A model generated the notes under the pieces. That model was given only the letters and a program-made list of their open reading frames with translations. It had not been told where the DNA came from and did no database searches. From positions 640,001 through 704,000 of the forward strand of contig CAVRCJ010000003.1 in assembly GCA_963719515.1 (NCBI GenBank): a stretch of 64,000 bases of DNA, written 5' to 3'. The stretch is from an uncultured cyanobacterium. Its GTDB lineage: Bacteria > Cyanobacteriota > Cyanobacteriia > CAKZMO01. Made by a program: the position numbers and the translations under genes. Positions 46,729 through 57,811 of the stretch are shown in pieces; position 1 is the first letter of the stretch, and each line of letters starts with the position of its first letter.

Positions 46729-49700
46729 TCAAATCGCTTCTGCTTTTCGCAGTGCCGCTAGCTCTTCTGGCGTGAAGGGGTTTTGGCCAGACTGGAGGGC
46801 GGCTACCCATCGCTCCCGTCGCGATCGCTGCTCATCCGAGAAAATCTGACTATTGTTATCTGCGCTTAGTGCCGACTGAAAATCTGCTAGTGCCCCGTCA
46901 AGGTCATTTGTTAAGAGCTTTGGCCAGCCCTCGGGTATCGAACCATGCGCTCTCATTCCGGATCTAAACTTAACGGCTTTTTCTCCAGCGTAGAGAACAT
47001 CGGCGGCGTGGCCGTAGAGGCAGCCGTTCCAGCACAGTCTATTCCACGAGTGGGCCGAGATGTCGATATTGGGGTCAGTAGCTTGTGCCTGGTGGTAAGA
47101 GGCGATCGCCTCTGGAATTTGGCCGTCTTTGGCAAGAGCTAGCCCTTGGCTCAGAGCCAGAGCGGCGGCAAAGGCTGCCTCTTGAGCAAGCACTGGAGGA
47201 ACGTTCTCAGCAGCATGTATGCCCTCAGCGTTTGCCCAACTCGTCTCAGAATTCCACTTAATATTCTTAAAGTTGGCTCTGATGAAGTTGGCTCTGATGA
47301 GGTTGGCGCTGCTGAGGTCGGCACTGCGGAGGTTGGCGCTGCGGAGGTTGGCGCTGCTGAGGTTGGCGCTGCTGAGGTTGGCGCTGCTGAGGTCGGCGCT
47401 GAAGAGGTTGGCGCTGCTGAGGTTGGCGCTGCTGAGGTTGGCGCTGCTGAGGTTGGCGCTGCTGAGGTTGGCGCTGCTGAGGTTGGCGCTGCTGAGGGTG
47501 GCGCTGCGGAGGTCGGCGCTGCTGAGGGTGGCGCTGAAGAGGTTGGCTCTGAAGAGGTCGGCGCTGCTGAGGTCGGCGCTGCGGAGGTTGGCGCTGCGGA
47601 GGTTGGCGCTGCGGAGGTTGGCGCTGAAGAGGTCGGCGCTGCGGAGGTTGGCACTGCTGAGGTTGGCGCTGAAGAGGTTGGCGCTGCTGAGGTTGGCACT
47701 GCTGAGGTTGGCGCTGCTGAGGGTGGCGCTGCGGAGGTTGGCGCTGAAGAGGGTGGCGCTGCGGAGGTTGGCGCTACGGAGGTTGGCGCTGATGAGATGC
47801 TTTCCAACGACACTACTGAAGCCCAAAACGCGGAGACACTCGCTGTAGCCGATGATCCTGTAAAGCCGCGTCTCCTCAAACGCCTCCGTTTCCGGCTCAC
47901 CGCAGGGGTGAAACATCAATTTGCGATTTCAGCTCCTCTCGCTTCTGCCCATAGCGATGCAGTTCAAACAACAAAATCATCACGTTCAGCCCCGTCACCA
48001 CGTCCACCTGCCGCAGCCCCAAAGTCTCCTCTCGCTCCGGCACCCGCTCCTGCAGATTCGCCATTTTCCGCTGGGGCAGATTGTTCGAGGTAGCGTCGAT
48101 GAACTCCCCCTCCCACCAGCGCAGATAAAACTCCTGCAGCCGCTTAAACAGCGTCACCGGCTCTAGTTCATCGGACTGATCCAGCAGCACGCTCAAATAG
48201 TCCATCACCTCCACCGTCAGCCCGCCGTAGCCCAGGAGGTCATATACCTCCCAGCACATATCTCCATCAGAAACAAGGTATTTATTCCTTCGCCCTTGCC
48301 CCGGCTGAGACCAATCCTCCATCGCATCCCGCAGCCGCTCGGCAAACAAAAACTCGCCAAAACTCTTGTGGGCAAATTCCACCGAGCCTTCCTTATCACC
48401 AGCGGCAGGCTTAAGGTAAAACGTCGTCAGCAAATTGTTGAGCTGCTTTTGCTCAGAATAATCCTCCTCCCGCCTCGCCTCCTGCAGCGCGGCGTACATT
48501 GGGCTACTGCTGTCTTGCTGCAGCCGCGCCTCCAAAAACGACACCTTGGCCGTCTCATTGCCCGACTGCATCACACAGACAGCAGCTTCCGTCAGGGCTT
48601 GGCGCAACGCCTCCGGCTCCAGACCGACCAGTCGAAAGTTCTCGTCCTGACGCTGCTTTTCAATCACCCAGCGCACGGCCTCATCGTAAATCACTACTTT
48701 GGCTTCATTGCCCTGGGTGCCCTCAAACATATCGGCTCGCAGCCGCGTCTCCCGGTGCATCCGCCCCAGCAGATACAGCAGCAGCGGCTCCCGCGCCAGG
48801 GCGTCGTCGGCATCGTGGATCTCTCTGGGGCACAGGGCCAAAAACTGCTGTAGTTGCTCCGTTTCTGGGTCACCAAACTTCCTGGCCCAGTTGCCATACC
48901 ACCGCTCCCGCAGCTCGTCCCCCATGGGCTGCAGCTCCAGCCGCTCCAAATTGTCGGCCTGAGAAATAAGCCGCCCTACATTTTGCAGCGATAGCGGACG
49001 TCCCGTAATCAAAAAGCGGTGGAGGCTACCCTCTTGGAACTGCACCACCTGCCGTAAGAACTCCTGCAGTCCGCCCGTTTTCCGCCCCTCCAGCAGCAGC
49101 TCATCAAAGCCGTCCAGCAAAAACAAAAAGCGGGTGCTACTATCCGTCAGCCAGCCCCCATCAGTGCTGACAAAATCCTGAGTCTCCAGATAATTAGATA
49201 GGGTTTGGGTCAAGCTGCTCTCCAGCGTTTTCAGGTGGCGCAGCCGCACCAAAATTGGTATATATGCCGGGTAAAGCTCAGTTCGCACCCAGTTGGCATA
49301 CATGCGGCAAAAAACGCTCTTCCCCCGCCCCGCTTCCCCGTCAATAAACAAAATCCGCTTCGCATCGCTGTGCATCAGGTGCCCGGTGACCCAAGCCTCC
49401 AGATCTTCCAGCGGCTTATCTTTCAGCGGATTCCCATCGCGGTCCAGCCGCTTTACCTGCAGCGGCACGTAAATATCGTAAAAGCTCAAAGCCTCCTCGT
49501 CAAACACCTTATCCTGTGGCCCATCTTCAATCTGCCGCAAATAATCCTCAATGCTCAGATACTTCGCCTGCTCCTGCCGCCAGTTCTCAAACGTCGGCTG
49601 CCCCAAATGCTTCACCGCCTCCGCAGACGCCGCCCACACCTCGTTCAGGTAGCGCGGAGCGCGCCACTTCACCCGCTCCGTCAGCCGGTGAGCCTCCTCC

Positions 49701-50254
49701 TCCGCCATCCCCGCCTGCACCAGCCGCGCCGCCAGCAGGTCGCCAAACTTCTCCGCCAGCTCACACCTCGGAAAGCTCGTCGCCGCCCGCCGCGCCGCCT
49801 CATCGCTAATTTCCAGCTCCCCAAGCCGCCGCGATCGCTCCCGAATATCTGCCGACGCCGGAACCCGCCCCACCTTCTCCTGCAGCCCCTCGTCCGCTTC
49901 CAGGAAATGCCTAAAGCTCTCCAGATAGGCGGCCTGAGAGGCGATCGCCACACATTCGGCCAAGCTCAGCTGCTTCTGGCTCTTCTCTAGATAAAACTTC
50001 AGCAGCCCCGTGGCAATAGAGACAAACGGCAGCCCCTTCTCCACAATCTCCGCCAGGGGCGAGTTTAGCGCATCCAGCAGCGAGTCGAGCTGCCCCACCA
50101 GCGGTGCCAGCCGCTCCACGTTCTGCCCTTCTTTCTGCAGCACCTCCGCCAGCTCAAAGACCGCTTTCGCGCCTTCCGCCGTCCCCACCGCCGTCTCCCC
50201 CGACAGCAGCTCAGAAATATCGGTGTTCAGAAATCGCCAAAGCCGACTTGCCAT
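46729..50254 (-). pseudogene. NACHT NTPase + pentapeptide repeats + TPR-like tail, split by a +1 frameshift near 47920 (possible sequencing error)
   Basis: GEAGRGKS, FLFLLDGFDE, PLLLYL; junction KSQI-g-MFHPCG; ANLSS repeats. Confidence 0.85.
47270..47790 (-). repeat. 15-bp coding tandem repeat (pentapeptide repeats)
   Basis: AGCGCCAACCTCAGC-type units encoding SANLS/SADLR. Confidence 0.95.
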
Positions 50255-50349
50255 ACGCCTAATCTCGTTTTGCCCCTGCCAATGTTCTAGCGAATTGCCA
50301 TGGCGTTGTCCACAGGAGAACGGAGGTGGGCAGGCTGAACCGCTAGGTT

Positions 50350-51045
50350 CTACGCTTGAAGCGTTCGCCAGCGCTCTCTACCCATCCGATACAGCACATG
50401 CCTTTGCAGCTCGTGGCCCTTGGGCAACGTCGGGTGGTCGAAGTCATCCTCTGCGCTGTGGGTCATACCCAGGCGCTCCATCACAGCCCTTGACCGCTGG
50501 TTACCCCCCGCCGTAAAGGACACAATCTCGTCGACGCCTACAGCCTGAAAGCCGTAGGTCACGGCGCACCTGGCACCCTCAGTGGCATATCCCTGGCCCC
50601 AATACTCCCGCGCCAGTCGCCAGCCTACTTCCACTGCGGGCGTGAAGTGGGCGTTAAAGGTGGGTTTCTTTAGCCCAATAAAGCCAATAAACTCCCCGCT
50701 TTCCCGCAGCTCCACCGCCCAGAGCCCAAAGCCCTGCTGCTCAAAGCAGGCTTCAATATGGTCGACAAAAGCGTCCGAGGCCGGACGGCCCAGGCGATAG
50801 GGGAAATAGCGCATCACCTCAGGGTCAGCGTTGAGGCAGGCAAAGGGCTGTAGGTCTGATTTTTGCCAGCGGCGCAGCAGTAGGCGAGGCGTGGTTAGCG
50901 CCTGAGTTAGCGCTTCTGTAGCTTTCGCCTCTGTAGTTGGCGTTTCTATATTCCGTGGGCTGGTGTTCTGCGGGCTACTTTGTACGTCAGCGTTTGGTGC
51001 GCTAGCATTCCGTACATCAATACCTGGTGTACCAATATTCTGCAT
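50350..51045 (-). CDS. RimJ/RimL-type GNAT acetyltransferase, paralog of 42903-43469; start uncertain
   Basis: TTPRLLLRRWQ, LNADPEV, AHFTPAVE, DDFDHP shared with the first copy. Confidence 0.85.
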   Translation of the reverse strand: MQNIGTPGIDVRNASAPNADVQSSPQNTSPRNIETPTTEAKATEALTQALTTPRLLLRRWQKSDLQPFACLNADPEVMRYFPYRLGRPASDAFVDHIEACFEQQGFGLWAVELRESGEFIGFIGLKKPTFNAHFTPAVEVGWRLAREYWGQGYATEGARCAVTYGFQAVGVDEIVSFTAGGNQRSRAVMERLGMTHSAEDDFDHPTLPKGHELQRHVLYRMGRERWRTLQA

Positions 51046-51303
51046 AGCAGTATTCTGTATATCTAATTCGCCAAGGGTAGCCAAAACCGAGACGGACTGC
51101 CAATGACTAGCTCGCGCTTCACCAAAGTTTTGCCGCTGTTGAAGACACCGTGTTGTCTGGGCTGATGGCAGCACACTTCTAGCTAAGCGCCTCTATTTTG
51201 CATCGTCTTTGCGATCGCTACAAACTTGACGTAGCCCCAAGCGAATTTGGCGCCTGCAGCCCAGCCGCTGATACAGAAGCCGCGAGAGATTCAAAAATCG
51301 AAT

Positions 51304-52734
51304 CTACGCCAACACCCACGTATCTTTTGCCCCGCCCCCCTGCGATGAATTGACCACCAGCTTGCCTCGCTCCAGCGCCACCCGCGTCAGCCCCCCGGGA
51401 TGCACATAGATCTCATCGCCCTGATGGAGCACATAGGGCCGCAAATCCGTATGGCGTCCCTCAATATGTCCGTCAACGCCATCACCAACCACCGTGGGAA
51501 TCTGCGATAGATATACCGTCGGCTGAGCCATATAGGCCCTCGGTTTTTCGCGAATCTTCTCCGCAAACGTCGCCCGCTCTTCGGCGGTAGAGTTGATACC
51601 CACCAGCATATCGTCGCCCCCCTCAGCGCTCGCCGCCTTCACCACCAGCTCCTCTAGGTGGTCCAGCACATAGTCGCGATCGCTATCCCGCCAGCAGAGA
51701 TAGGTGGGCACATTGGGGAGCAGCGGCTCCTCCTCCAGGTAAAACCGAATCATCTCCGGCACATAGGCGTAAATGACCTTATCGTCGCCAATGCCCGCCC
51801 CAATAGCATTCACCAAAGCGAGCTTCCCCTGCTGACACAGCTCAATTAGGGCCACCGTGCTGTCCGGGTACTCCTCCCCCAAATCGAGGTCGTCGAACAT
51901 CTCCGTGTCGCCGCGCCGGTACACCACGTCTAGGCGCTGCGGTCCCTGGTCGGTGCGGTGGCACAGGTAGCCCTCCGATATAGTCACCTCTTCCGGACTC
52001 ACAAGGACGATGCCCATCTGCTCGGCCAAAAGCTCGTGCTCAAAGTAGGCAGAGCTGTGGGTACCGGGGGTAAGCAGTGCCAGGGTGCTGTCGGGGCTGG
52101 GCGCTACGCTATCCATCACGGCTTTGAGCTCTTGCGCGTAATTTTCGACGGGCTTTGGGCTAAATTTCTCCATCAGTTCTGGCAGCACCCGCGTCATAGC
52201 AATGCGGTTTTTCAGCACGTAGGCAATGCCAGACGGCACGCGCAAGTTGTCTTCTAGAACGCACCAGTCGCCGTCGCCGTTGCGCACCAAATCGATGCCG
52301 CCGATATGGCACCAAATCCCTTTAGGGGGCGTCATGCCCATGCACTCAGGTCTAAACCGCAGCGCCGATTCAATAATTTCTCGGGGAATCACCCCTTCAG
52401 CGATAATCCGCTGATCGCTGTACACATCGGCGCAAAACAGGTTCAGGGCCTTCACCCGCTGCTGTAACCCGGCGGTGAGGTGCGTCCACTCCTCCGCTGC
52501 AATTACCCGGGGTATTGGGTCAAAGGGCAGCACCCGCTCTTCTTCTCCCTCAAAGCTGAAGGTTGCCCCTAGCTCTTGAAGCACAGCCTCTAAGGAAGCC
52601 TTGATCTCCGGCATGGTTTGAGATGTCTCGGCCTGGAACCACTGTAGGATGGGCGCTAGTTCAGGGCGCAGGGTGCCGGGTGAAGCAAAATACTCGTCGT
52701 AAAGGCCTTGGGGATCGTAAGCGTCAAAGTTCAT
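51304..52734 (-). CDS. circularly permuted type 2 ATP-grasp protein
   Basis: PFDPIPR, LEDNLRVPSG, SAYFEH, DLRPY, GGLTRVA, NSSQGGGAKDTW. Confidence 0.92.
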   Translation of the reverse strand: MNFDAYDPQGLYDEYFASPGTLRPELAPILQWFQAETSQTMPEIKASLEAVLQELGATFSFEGEEERVLPFDPIPRVIAAEEWTHLTAGLQQRVKALNLFCADVYSDQRIIAEGVIPREIIESALRFRPECMGMTPPKGIWCHIGGIDLVRNGDGDWCVLEDNLRVPSGIAYVLKNRIAMTRVLPELMEKFSPKPVENYAQELKAVMDSVAPSPDSTLALLTPGTHSSAYFEHELLAEQMGIVLVSPEEVTISEGYLCHRTDQGPQRLDVVYRRGDTEMFDDLDLGEEYPDSTVALIELCQQGKLALVNAIGAGIGDDKVIYAYVPEMIRFYLEEEPLLPNVPTYLCWRDSDRDYVLDHLEELVVKAASAEGGDDMLVGINSTAEERATFAEKIREKPRAYMAQPTVYLSQIPTVVGDGVDGHIEGRHTDLRPYVLHQGDEIYVHPGGLTRVALERGKLVVNSSQGGGAKDTWVLA

Positions 52735-53031
52735 TGCCGGTGGGGAAATTAGGGACGAGCGGGACCGCTACCTTTCTAGATGCAATAGATCTAGATGCAA
52801 TAGAACGGCTCGGCCCCACCAACCTATCAGGCGCAATAGCGCCATTTTGTGATTGACGCTACGGTTGTTGCTTGAGCAAGCGAACGGCGTCACAGGCATT
52901 CTCTAGCTATGAACGACAAGAAGGGGCCGCAGTGCCGCAACCCCTTCAGCTGACGTGATCTAGTTTTGCAAGGGCGATCGCCCCTATCTAATAAGAACGC
53001 GCGCTGCCCTCAGCAAAACGCCTTTGGACGC

Positions 53032-53433
53032 TTAAGCGCCTCGGCTTAGGGCCGTTTCAATCTGCTTAAACTCCTGATCCAGCCGCTGCTTCAGCTTATC
53101 TGGAACGGGGCGGTTGGGGTAAGAGCTGTAGTGGCCGGCTAGCGAATTGAGAGCCGTACGCATGGTCGTATAAGAACCGAGACGCTCAACGTCTGTATTG
53201 CGGCGGTAGAGAGACGCAAAGTCGTTGATGACTTTGCGAGCTTGGGTCTGGCTGCTCAGTCTATCGGGGGAATCATCTGGGAGACTGAGGGCAGTCCTGA
53301 TAGTTTCAACCACCGTCAAAGTATCGTCCCGGTAGTTTCCGGTCAGACCCTCTGGGGCCGAAGCCGAACATCCTGAGAGACCGATAACGGCAACCAGTAG
53401 CAAAGCGAGTACACGAGAGAAGAGCGTTTTCAT
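53032..53433 (-). CDS. psb27: photosystem II assembly lipoprotein Psb27
   Basis: LSGC lipobox, LTGNYRDDT, TALNSLAGHYSSYPNRP. Confidence 0.95.
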   Translation of the reverse strand: MKTLFSRVLALLLVAVIGLSGCSASAPEGLTGNYRDDTLTVVETIRTALSLPDDSPDRLSSQTQARKVINDFASLYRRNTDVERLGSYTTMRTALNSLAGHYSSYPNRPVPDKLKQRLDQEFKQIETALSRGA

Positions 53434-53712
53434 AGAACCTCACTAAAACAAAGCCAAACAACTCTGGGCAGTCATCCCGCGCGTTTTGATGCACTGCACC
53501 AGTCTCCCTAGCACTACTGCTGTTAGGGCTAAGCAGACGCAGCTTTGGCTGACATGCCTCAACGATACGACCTAATCTTACCCCGATTTGTCTCCCGTGA
53601 ACTCTGTCCTAGATCGAGACCACGGCTCGCCTGAAGTCTTTCCAAAGGTGCTTGAATTTTGCGAGCGCATCCTGTTTACAGAACGCTTCGCAGAACGCTG
53701 GGTCTGCGGCGG

Positions 53713-55317
53713 TCACATTGCAGCCACCGCCTCTTGCCGGTGCTTCTCTAGCGTCGCCACCGGCAGCGGACCCTGGAGGTGCTCCCACGGCAGGGGCACC
53801 TCGGTAGACCAATCCCGATGGACATAAAACTCCAGGGGCGGCAGCTGGCCTTTAAGATCCTTAAAGCCCCGCCGGTAGCTCCCCAGAGAATCGCCGTAGT
53901 GGCGTACCCGCTCTAGCAGGTAAGAGATGCGGCGATCGCCCCGAGAAATGAGCGCTTGAATCACCGACCACTTGTAGCTCTCGGGACGAAAATCGATGCC
54001 GATGGGGCGCAGCTGCTTTTGCAAAGACTTCAGCCGCTTATCGCCCTGTTCGCTAACGCCAAACCACTGAAACGGCGTGTGGGACTTGGGCACAAAGGTG
54101 CTGCAGCCCAGGGTTAGCCGCAGGCCGGGGGCAGCTTGCTTCACGGCTTTCATCAGCGCGACGGTTTGGGCCAGATCGTCCTCAGTTTCTCCAGGGATGC
54201 CCACCATGCCGTAGAGCTTTAGGCTAGAGAGCCCGCCCGCTTTCGCGTTGACGGCGGCCTGCAAAATCTCTTCGGTGTCCAGCTTCTTGTTGACAATCTG
54301 CCGCACCCGCTCCGAGCCGCTCTCCACCGCAATGGTGATGGAGCGGGTGCCGTGCTTCACTAGGGTTTCGGTGAGGGACTGGGTGACGGTATTGGTGCGC
54401 ACCGAGGCGATGCTGAGGCGCACATCGTCGTACTGCGGCCGGTTGAGGTGGGCGAGCAGCGCGTCAAATTCAGGGTGCTGGGTCACCGAGGCCCCCAGCA
54501 GCCCCAGCCGCTGGGTGACCTGGAGCCCGCGCTCAATGGCGGGCAGCAGCGAGCCCTCCAGACTAGCGGTGCGAAAGGGCAGGGTGAGGTAACTGGCGAG
54601 GCAAAAGCGGCAGAGCTCCGGGCAGCTGCGCACCACTTCAACCATATAAATATTTTCCCAAGCCGCCTTCTCCGTCACCACGGTGGAGGCCGAGAGCCGA
54701 TTTTCCCGGTAGGTCTGCTTCGTGACCTGAGCCGGGGTGGCGGCCTCTCGCGGAGAGATACCCGCAAACGGACCGTCCGCATCGGCGTAGCGGGCCTCGT
54801 ATAGGCCGGGGATATACAGCCCTGGAACCTGGGCGAGGTGCTGAAGAACACCGTGACGATCCTGCCCTCGGACGGCCTGATAAGCGTCAACAAAGGCGTC
54901 GAGCAGCAGCTCTCCGTCCCCCAGCAGCACCACGTCGAAGAAGTCGGCAAAGGGCTCGGGGTTCGCGGTCAACACCGGGCCGCCGCCAAAGACGATGGGA
55001 TGGTCAGCGGTGCGGTTGGCGGCGCGGACGGGAATATTCAGCTGCTCAAGTAAGGCCAGAATATTGGCGTAGTCTAATTCCCAAGAGAGGGAGAAGCCCA
55101 TCAGCTCAGGGCGAGAGGGCAAAGTCTCAGAGGCGTCGGTGAACAGGCGGCTCACGGCCAGGTCGGGGCGAGCTGAAAGGGTGGCCCACACCACCTGGTA
55201 TCCCAGGCTGGTGATGCCGACGCTGTAATCGTTGGGAAAGGCAAAAATAAGCGGCACCGCGTCGTGGGTCGGCGTCGCTGGAGTGAAGAGAAGCCGCTCA
55301 GCGTCGAAAGGCGTCAC
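53713..55317 (-). CDS. B12-binding-like radical SAM protein
   Basis: RSCPELCRFC (CxxxCxxC), FVPKSHTPFQW. Confidence 0.9.
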   Translation of the reverse strand: MTPFDAERLLFTPATPTHDAVPLIFAFPNDYSVGITSLGYQVVWATLSARPDLAVSRLFTDASETLPSRPELMGFSLSWELDYANILALLEQLNIPVRAANRTADHPIVFGGGPVLTANPEPFADFFDVVLLGDGELLLDAFVDAYQAVRGQDRHGVLQHLAQVPGLYIPGLYEARYADADGPFAGISPREAATPAQVTKQTYRENRLSASTVVTEKAAWENIYMVEVVRSCPELCRFCLASYLTLPFRTASLEGSLLPAIERGLQVTQRLGLLGASVTQHPEFDALLAHLNRPQYDDVRLSIASVRTNTVTQSLTETLVKHGTRSITIAVESGSERVRQIVNKKLDTEEILQAAVNAKAGGLSSLKLYGMVGIPGETEDDLAQTVALMKAVKQAAPGLRLTLGCSTFVPKSHTPFQWFGVSEQGDKRLKSLQKQLRPIGIDFRPESYKWSVIQALISRGDRRISYLLERVRHYGDSLGSYRRGFKDLKGQLPPLEFYVHRDWSTEVPLPWEHLQGPLPVATLEKHRQEAVAAM

Positions 55318-55403
55318 AAAAATTAGGGTTGAGGGAACCCCTTCAGGCTAGCACGACGCTTCCGAGGTGGTTTTCCGCTTCGATTCGGCGGAGTCTGGTC
55401 CCG

Positions 55404-56426
55404 CTAGTTAGTCCTGATGCGGCGGCGGAAATCGACTCGCGAGTCTAGATCGAGCGCTCTCAGGCGCAGAGAAACGCTCTCGGCGGATGACCGCTTCCCA
55501 AACCCACCGGCATAGATGTATGACCCCATGCGCGACCGCGCGAAGCAGGCCCTGGGAACCTCGCGGCGCACCAGCCTTAAGGTCTCTAAATCTTCGCTGT
55601 CGGCGGGCACCACCACCGCATAGGGACCGGTGTTAATTAGCGGTTGCTCATCCCCCGCGATCGCCAGCCCTAGCAGCCGCGCCGTCTCTTCGTCCACAAT
55701 GCCGTTGGCCGTCACGTTCCGCGACTGCTGAAACAAGATTACGGCCCGCTCTGTATTGGCCCCAAAGATGCCGTCGACGCCCTCTGTACTAAAGCCCAGA
55801 TCGGTCAATCGCTGCTGCAAAATTCTGATGCCGCTGTCGACATCTCCCCGCTGAAATGTCCCGATTTCGGCCAGGTTATTCTCCGGGGCCGTGACCGTGC
55901 TGCAGGCTGCTGTTGACGGGTCGGGCAGCTGGGCCAGCACGTCGTCAACCTCAATGTCGATGGCGGGCTCGCCGGGAAGCGGGGAGGAGGTAATGGGGTC
56001 TAGCTGGCCCACCACAACCGGCCTGTCTGGTACCGGCGCTAGGGTTTGAATTCCGGTGGGCCGCCCAAACAGAGCATCTTCCGTGCGAGGGCCGAATACG
56101 CCATCCGCCGTCAGGCCGCTTTGCCGCTGCAGGCGAAAAACGGCGTCCTGGGTCAGTTCTAGGTAGCGCCCGCTGATGGGACCATCAAACAGGCCCCGCC
56201 GCTGCAGCTCGCGCTGCAGCAGCTCCACCTCAGCCCCCTCGTCTCCAAAAGAGAGCACTTGCCCAAGGGGAAGGATTTGGGCGATCGCCCCCCCGGCAAA
56301 TATCACTATCCCCCCGGCGATCGCTAGCGCTGCGCCCAGGCAACGCCGAATCAGAGGGGCGTGACTGCGGGGTCGAGACCCGCTTGAACTGGGGGCAGGG
56401 CGATGGGGCATCATGGGCGCTAACAT
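55404..56426 (-). CDS. peptidoglycan-binding domain protein
   Basis: Two PG_binding_1 repeats (LQRELQRRG..DGVFGPRT; LQQRLTDLG..DGIFGANT). Confidence 0.85.
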   Translation of the reverse strand: MLAPMMPHRPAPSSSGSRPRSHAPLIRRCLGAALAIAGGIVIFAGGAIAQILPLGQVLSFGDEGAEVELLQRELQRRGLFDGPISGRYLELTQDAVFRLQRQSGLTADGVFGPRTEDALFGRPTGIQTLAPVPDRPVVVGQLDPITSSPLPGEPAIDIEVDDVLAQLPDPSTAACSTVTAPENNLAEIGTFQRGDVDSGIRILQQRLTDLGFSTEGVDGIFGANTERAVILFQQSRNVTANGIVDEETARLLGLAIAGDEQPLINTGPYAVVVPADSEDLETLRLVRREVPRACFARSRMGSYIYAGGFGKRSSAESVSLRLRALDLDSRVDFRRRIRTN

Positions 56427-56571
56427 AAGCCAACGTAATGCTTTACAAGTTTGGCGAATTCAATCTGGGGGCCACAAACCTTGACGTGAGCAGCAGGCGA
56501 CATCCCCAGCCTATGGCTATCGCCTACTTTATCCCATATTGGGAAGTATATTGACAGACTACTGGAAATAG

Positions 56572-57384
56572 TTACTGCAAGCCTACATCTTTTGGAGCTG
56601 CCGACTGCCGCTGGCGCATCGCCTCGTATAGCATCAGCGCCGTTGCCACCGAGACATTGAGCGATTCGACGGTGGCGGCGGCAGGGATGCTGACGCGCAC
56701 ATCGGCCAGCGCTAAAGCCGCTGCTGAGAGTCCAGCGCCTTCGTTCCCAACTAAAATCAGCGTGGGTTGAGTTAAATCAATGTCCCAGTAGGTTTGAGAC
56801 GCCGTAGGGCAGGTTGCAACGATCTGCAGCGTTCCCTGCCGCTGCGCAACGGCCCCATGCCAGTCGGCCCGCCGCTCCATTGGTAAACGAAACCACTGGC
56901 CCGCAGAGGCCCGCAGCACTTTGGGATGCTCCAGGTCAACGCTGTCTTCGCTGAGCCACAGGCCGTCAACATTGGCGGCAGCGGCAGTACGAATGATGGT
57001 CCCCAGATTCCCAGGATCCTGCAGCGTTTCGATGGCCAGCCCCAGCGACATCGGCCCGGCTTCGCTCAGGGTCTGGCGCGAAGACCGACGGCCCGCTGTC
57101 GCCACCACGCCGTCGGGGTGAGCCGTTGTGGCGATCGCTTCTAGAATGGCCTCATTGACCAATTCAGTTCGCTGCGCTTGCTGGGCGGCCTGTTTCCAAA
57201 CCTCAGGGTAGCTGCGCTGCCAGTCTTCTGTATGGCACACAACCTGTAGGGGCCAGCGGGTGCTGCAGGCTTCTTCAAGAAGGTGGGTGCCCTCTATTAA
57301 GAAGCAGTCTTGCTTCTGGCGTTCTTTGGCCCGGTGTAGCTTGCGAAGCTGCTTGACAAGCGGGTTTTGAAGGCTGCTAAGCAT
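56572..57384 (-). CDS. TrmH/SpoU-family RNA methyltransferase (start at 57384)
   Basis: SSLQNPLVK, QDPGNLGTIIRTA, GNEGAG, ESLNV. Confidence 0.92.
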   Translation of the reverse strand: MLSSLQNPLVKQLRKLHRAKERQKQDCFLIEGTHLLEEACSTRWPLQVVCHTEDWQRSYPEVWKQAAQQAQRTELVNEAILEAIATTAHPDGVVATAGRRSSRQTLSEAGPMSLGLAIETLQDPGNLGTIIRTAAAANVDGLWLSEDSVDLEHPKVLRASAGQWFRLPMERRADWHGAVAQRQGTLQIVATCPTASQTYWDIDLTQPTLILVGNEGAGLSAAALALADVRVSIPAAATVESLNVSVATALMLYEAMRQRQSAAPKDVGLQ

Positions 57385-57572
57385 GAATTTGGCCTGTCGT
57401 GGAGCGGGGTCGCAGCGCGGGCCTATCGGATACGCCGCAAGTAAATGCGCTGCGCTAGAACCTGTGCGATCGCCACAGGCCAATGCCGTTTGCTAAAACC
57501 ACAGTCTGAACAAGATTTTAAGGGCCGTTGCGAATCGCAAACTTCGGCAATTTTAATGGCGGCAGCTTTAAA

Positions 57573-57657
57573 TGCGGAACCCGGGACTTGAACCCGGAAG
57601 TCCTTATCGGACACTAGAACCTGAATCTAGCGCGTCTACCAATTCCGCCAGTTCCGC
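57573..57657 (-). tRNA. trnL: tRNA-Leu(CAG)
   Basis: GCGGAAC acceptor stem, TGGTAGAC D-loop, TT-CAG-GT anticodon loop, long variable arm, GGTTCAAGTCC T-arm. Confidence 0.97.
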
Positions 57658-57811
57658 AGGTTTATTGAGCTGTCTCACATTAGGCTTTTCAGCCAAGGTC
57701 ATTAATCATGACTCATATTTATCAACAAGTCAACTCTTTTGCATCCCCGTCACCAATCACATCACGGATGCGATCGCTGCTGCACTAGCGCAGCAGCGAT
57801 GCGCCTGCCAA

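Noticed and set aside
47146..48093. Repetitive ORFs (AAEVG, LRLAL, SAAPT)
   Set aside because: These are alternative frames of the pentapeptide-repeat CDS.
57573..57600. tRNA 3' end as an island attachment site
   Set aside because: I saw no duplicated tRNA 3' fragment or integrase in the window.
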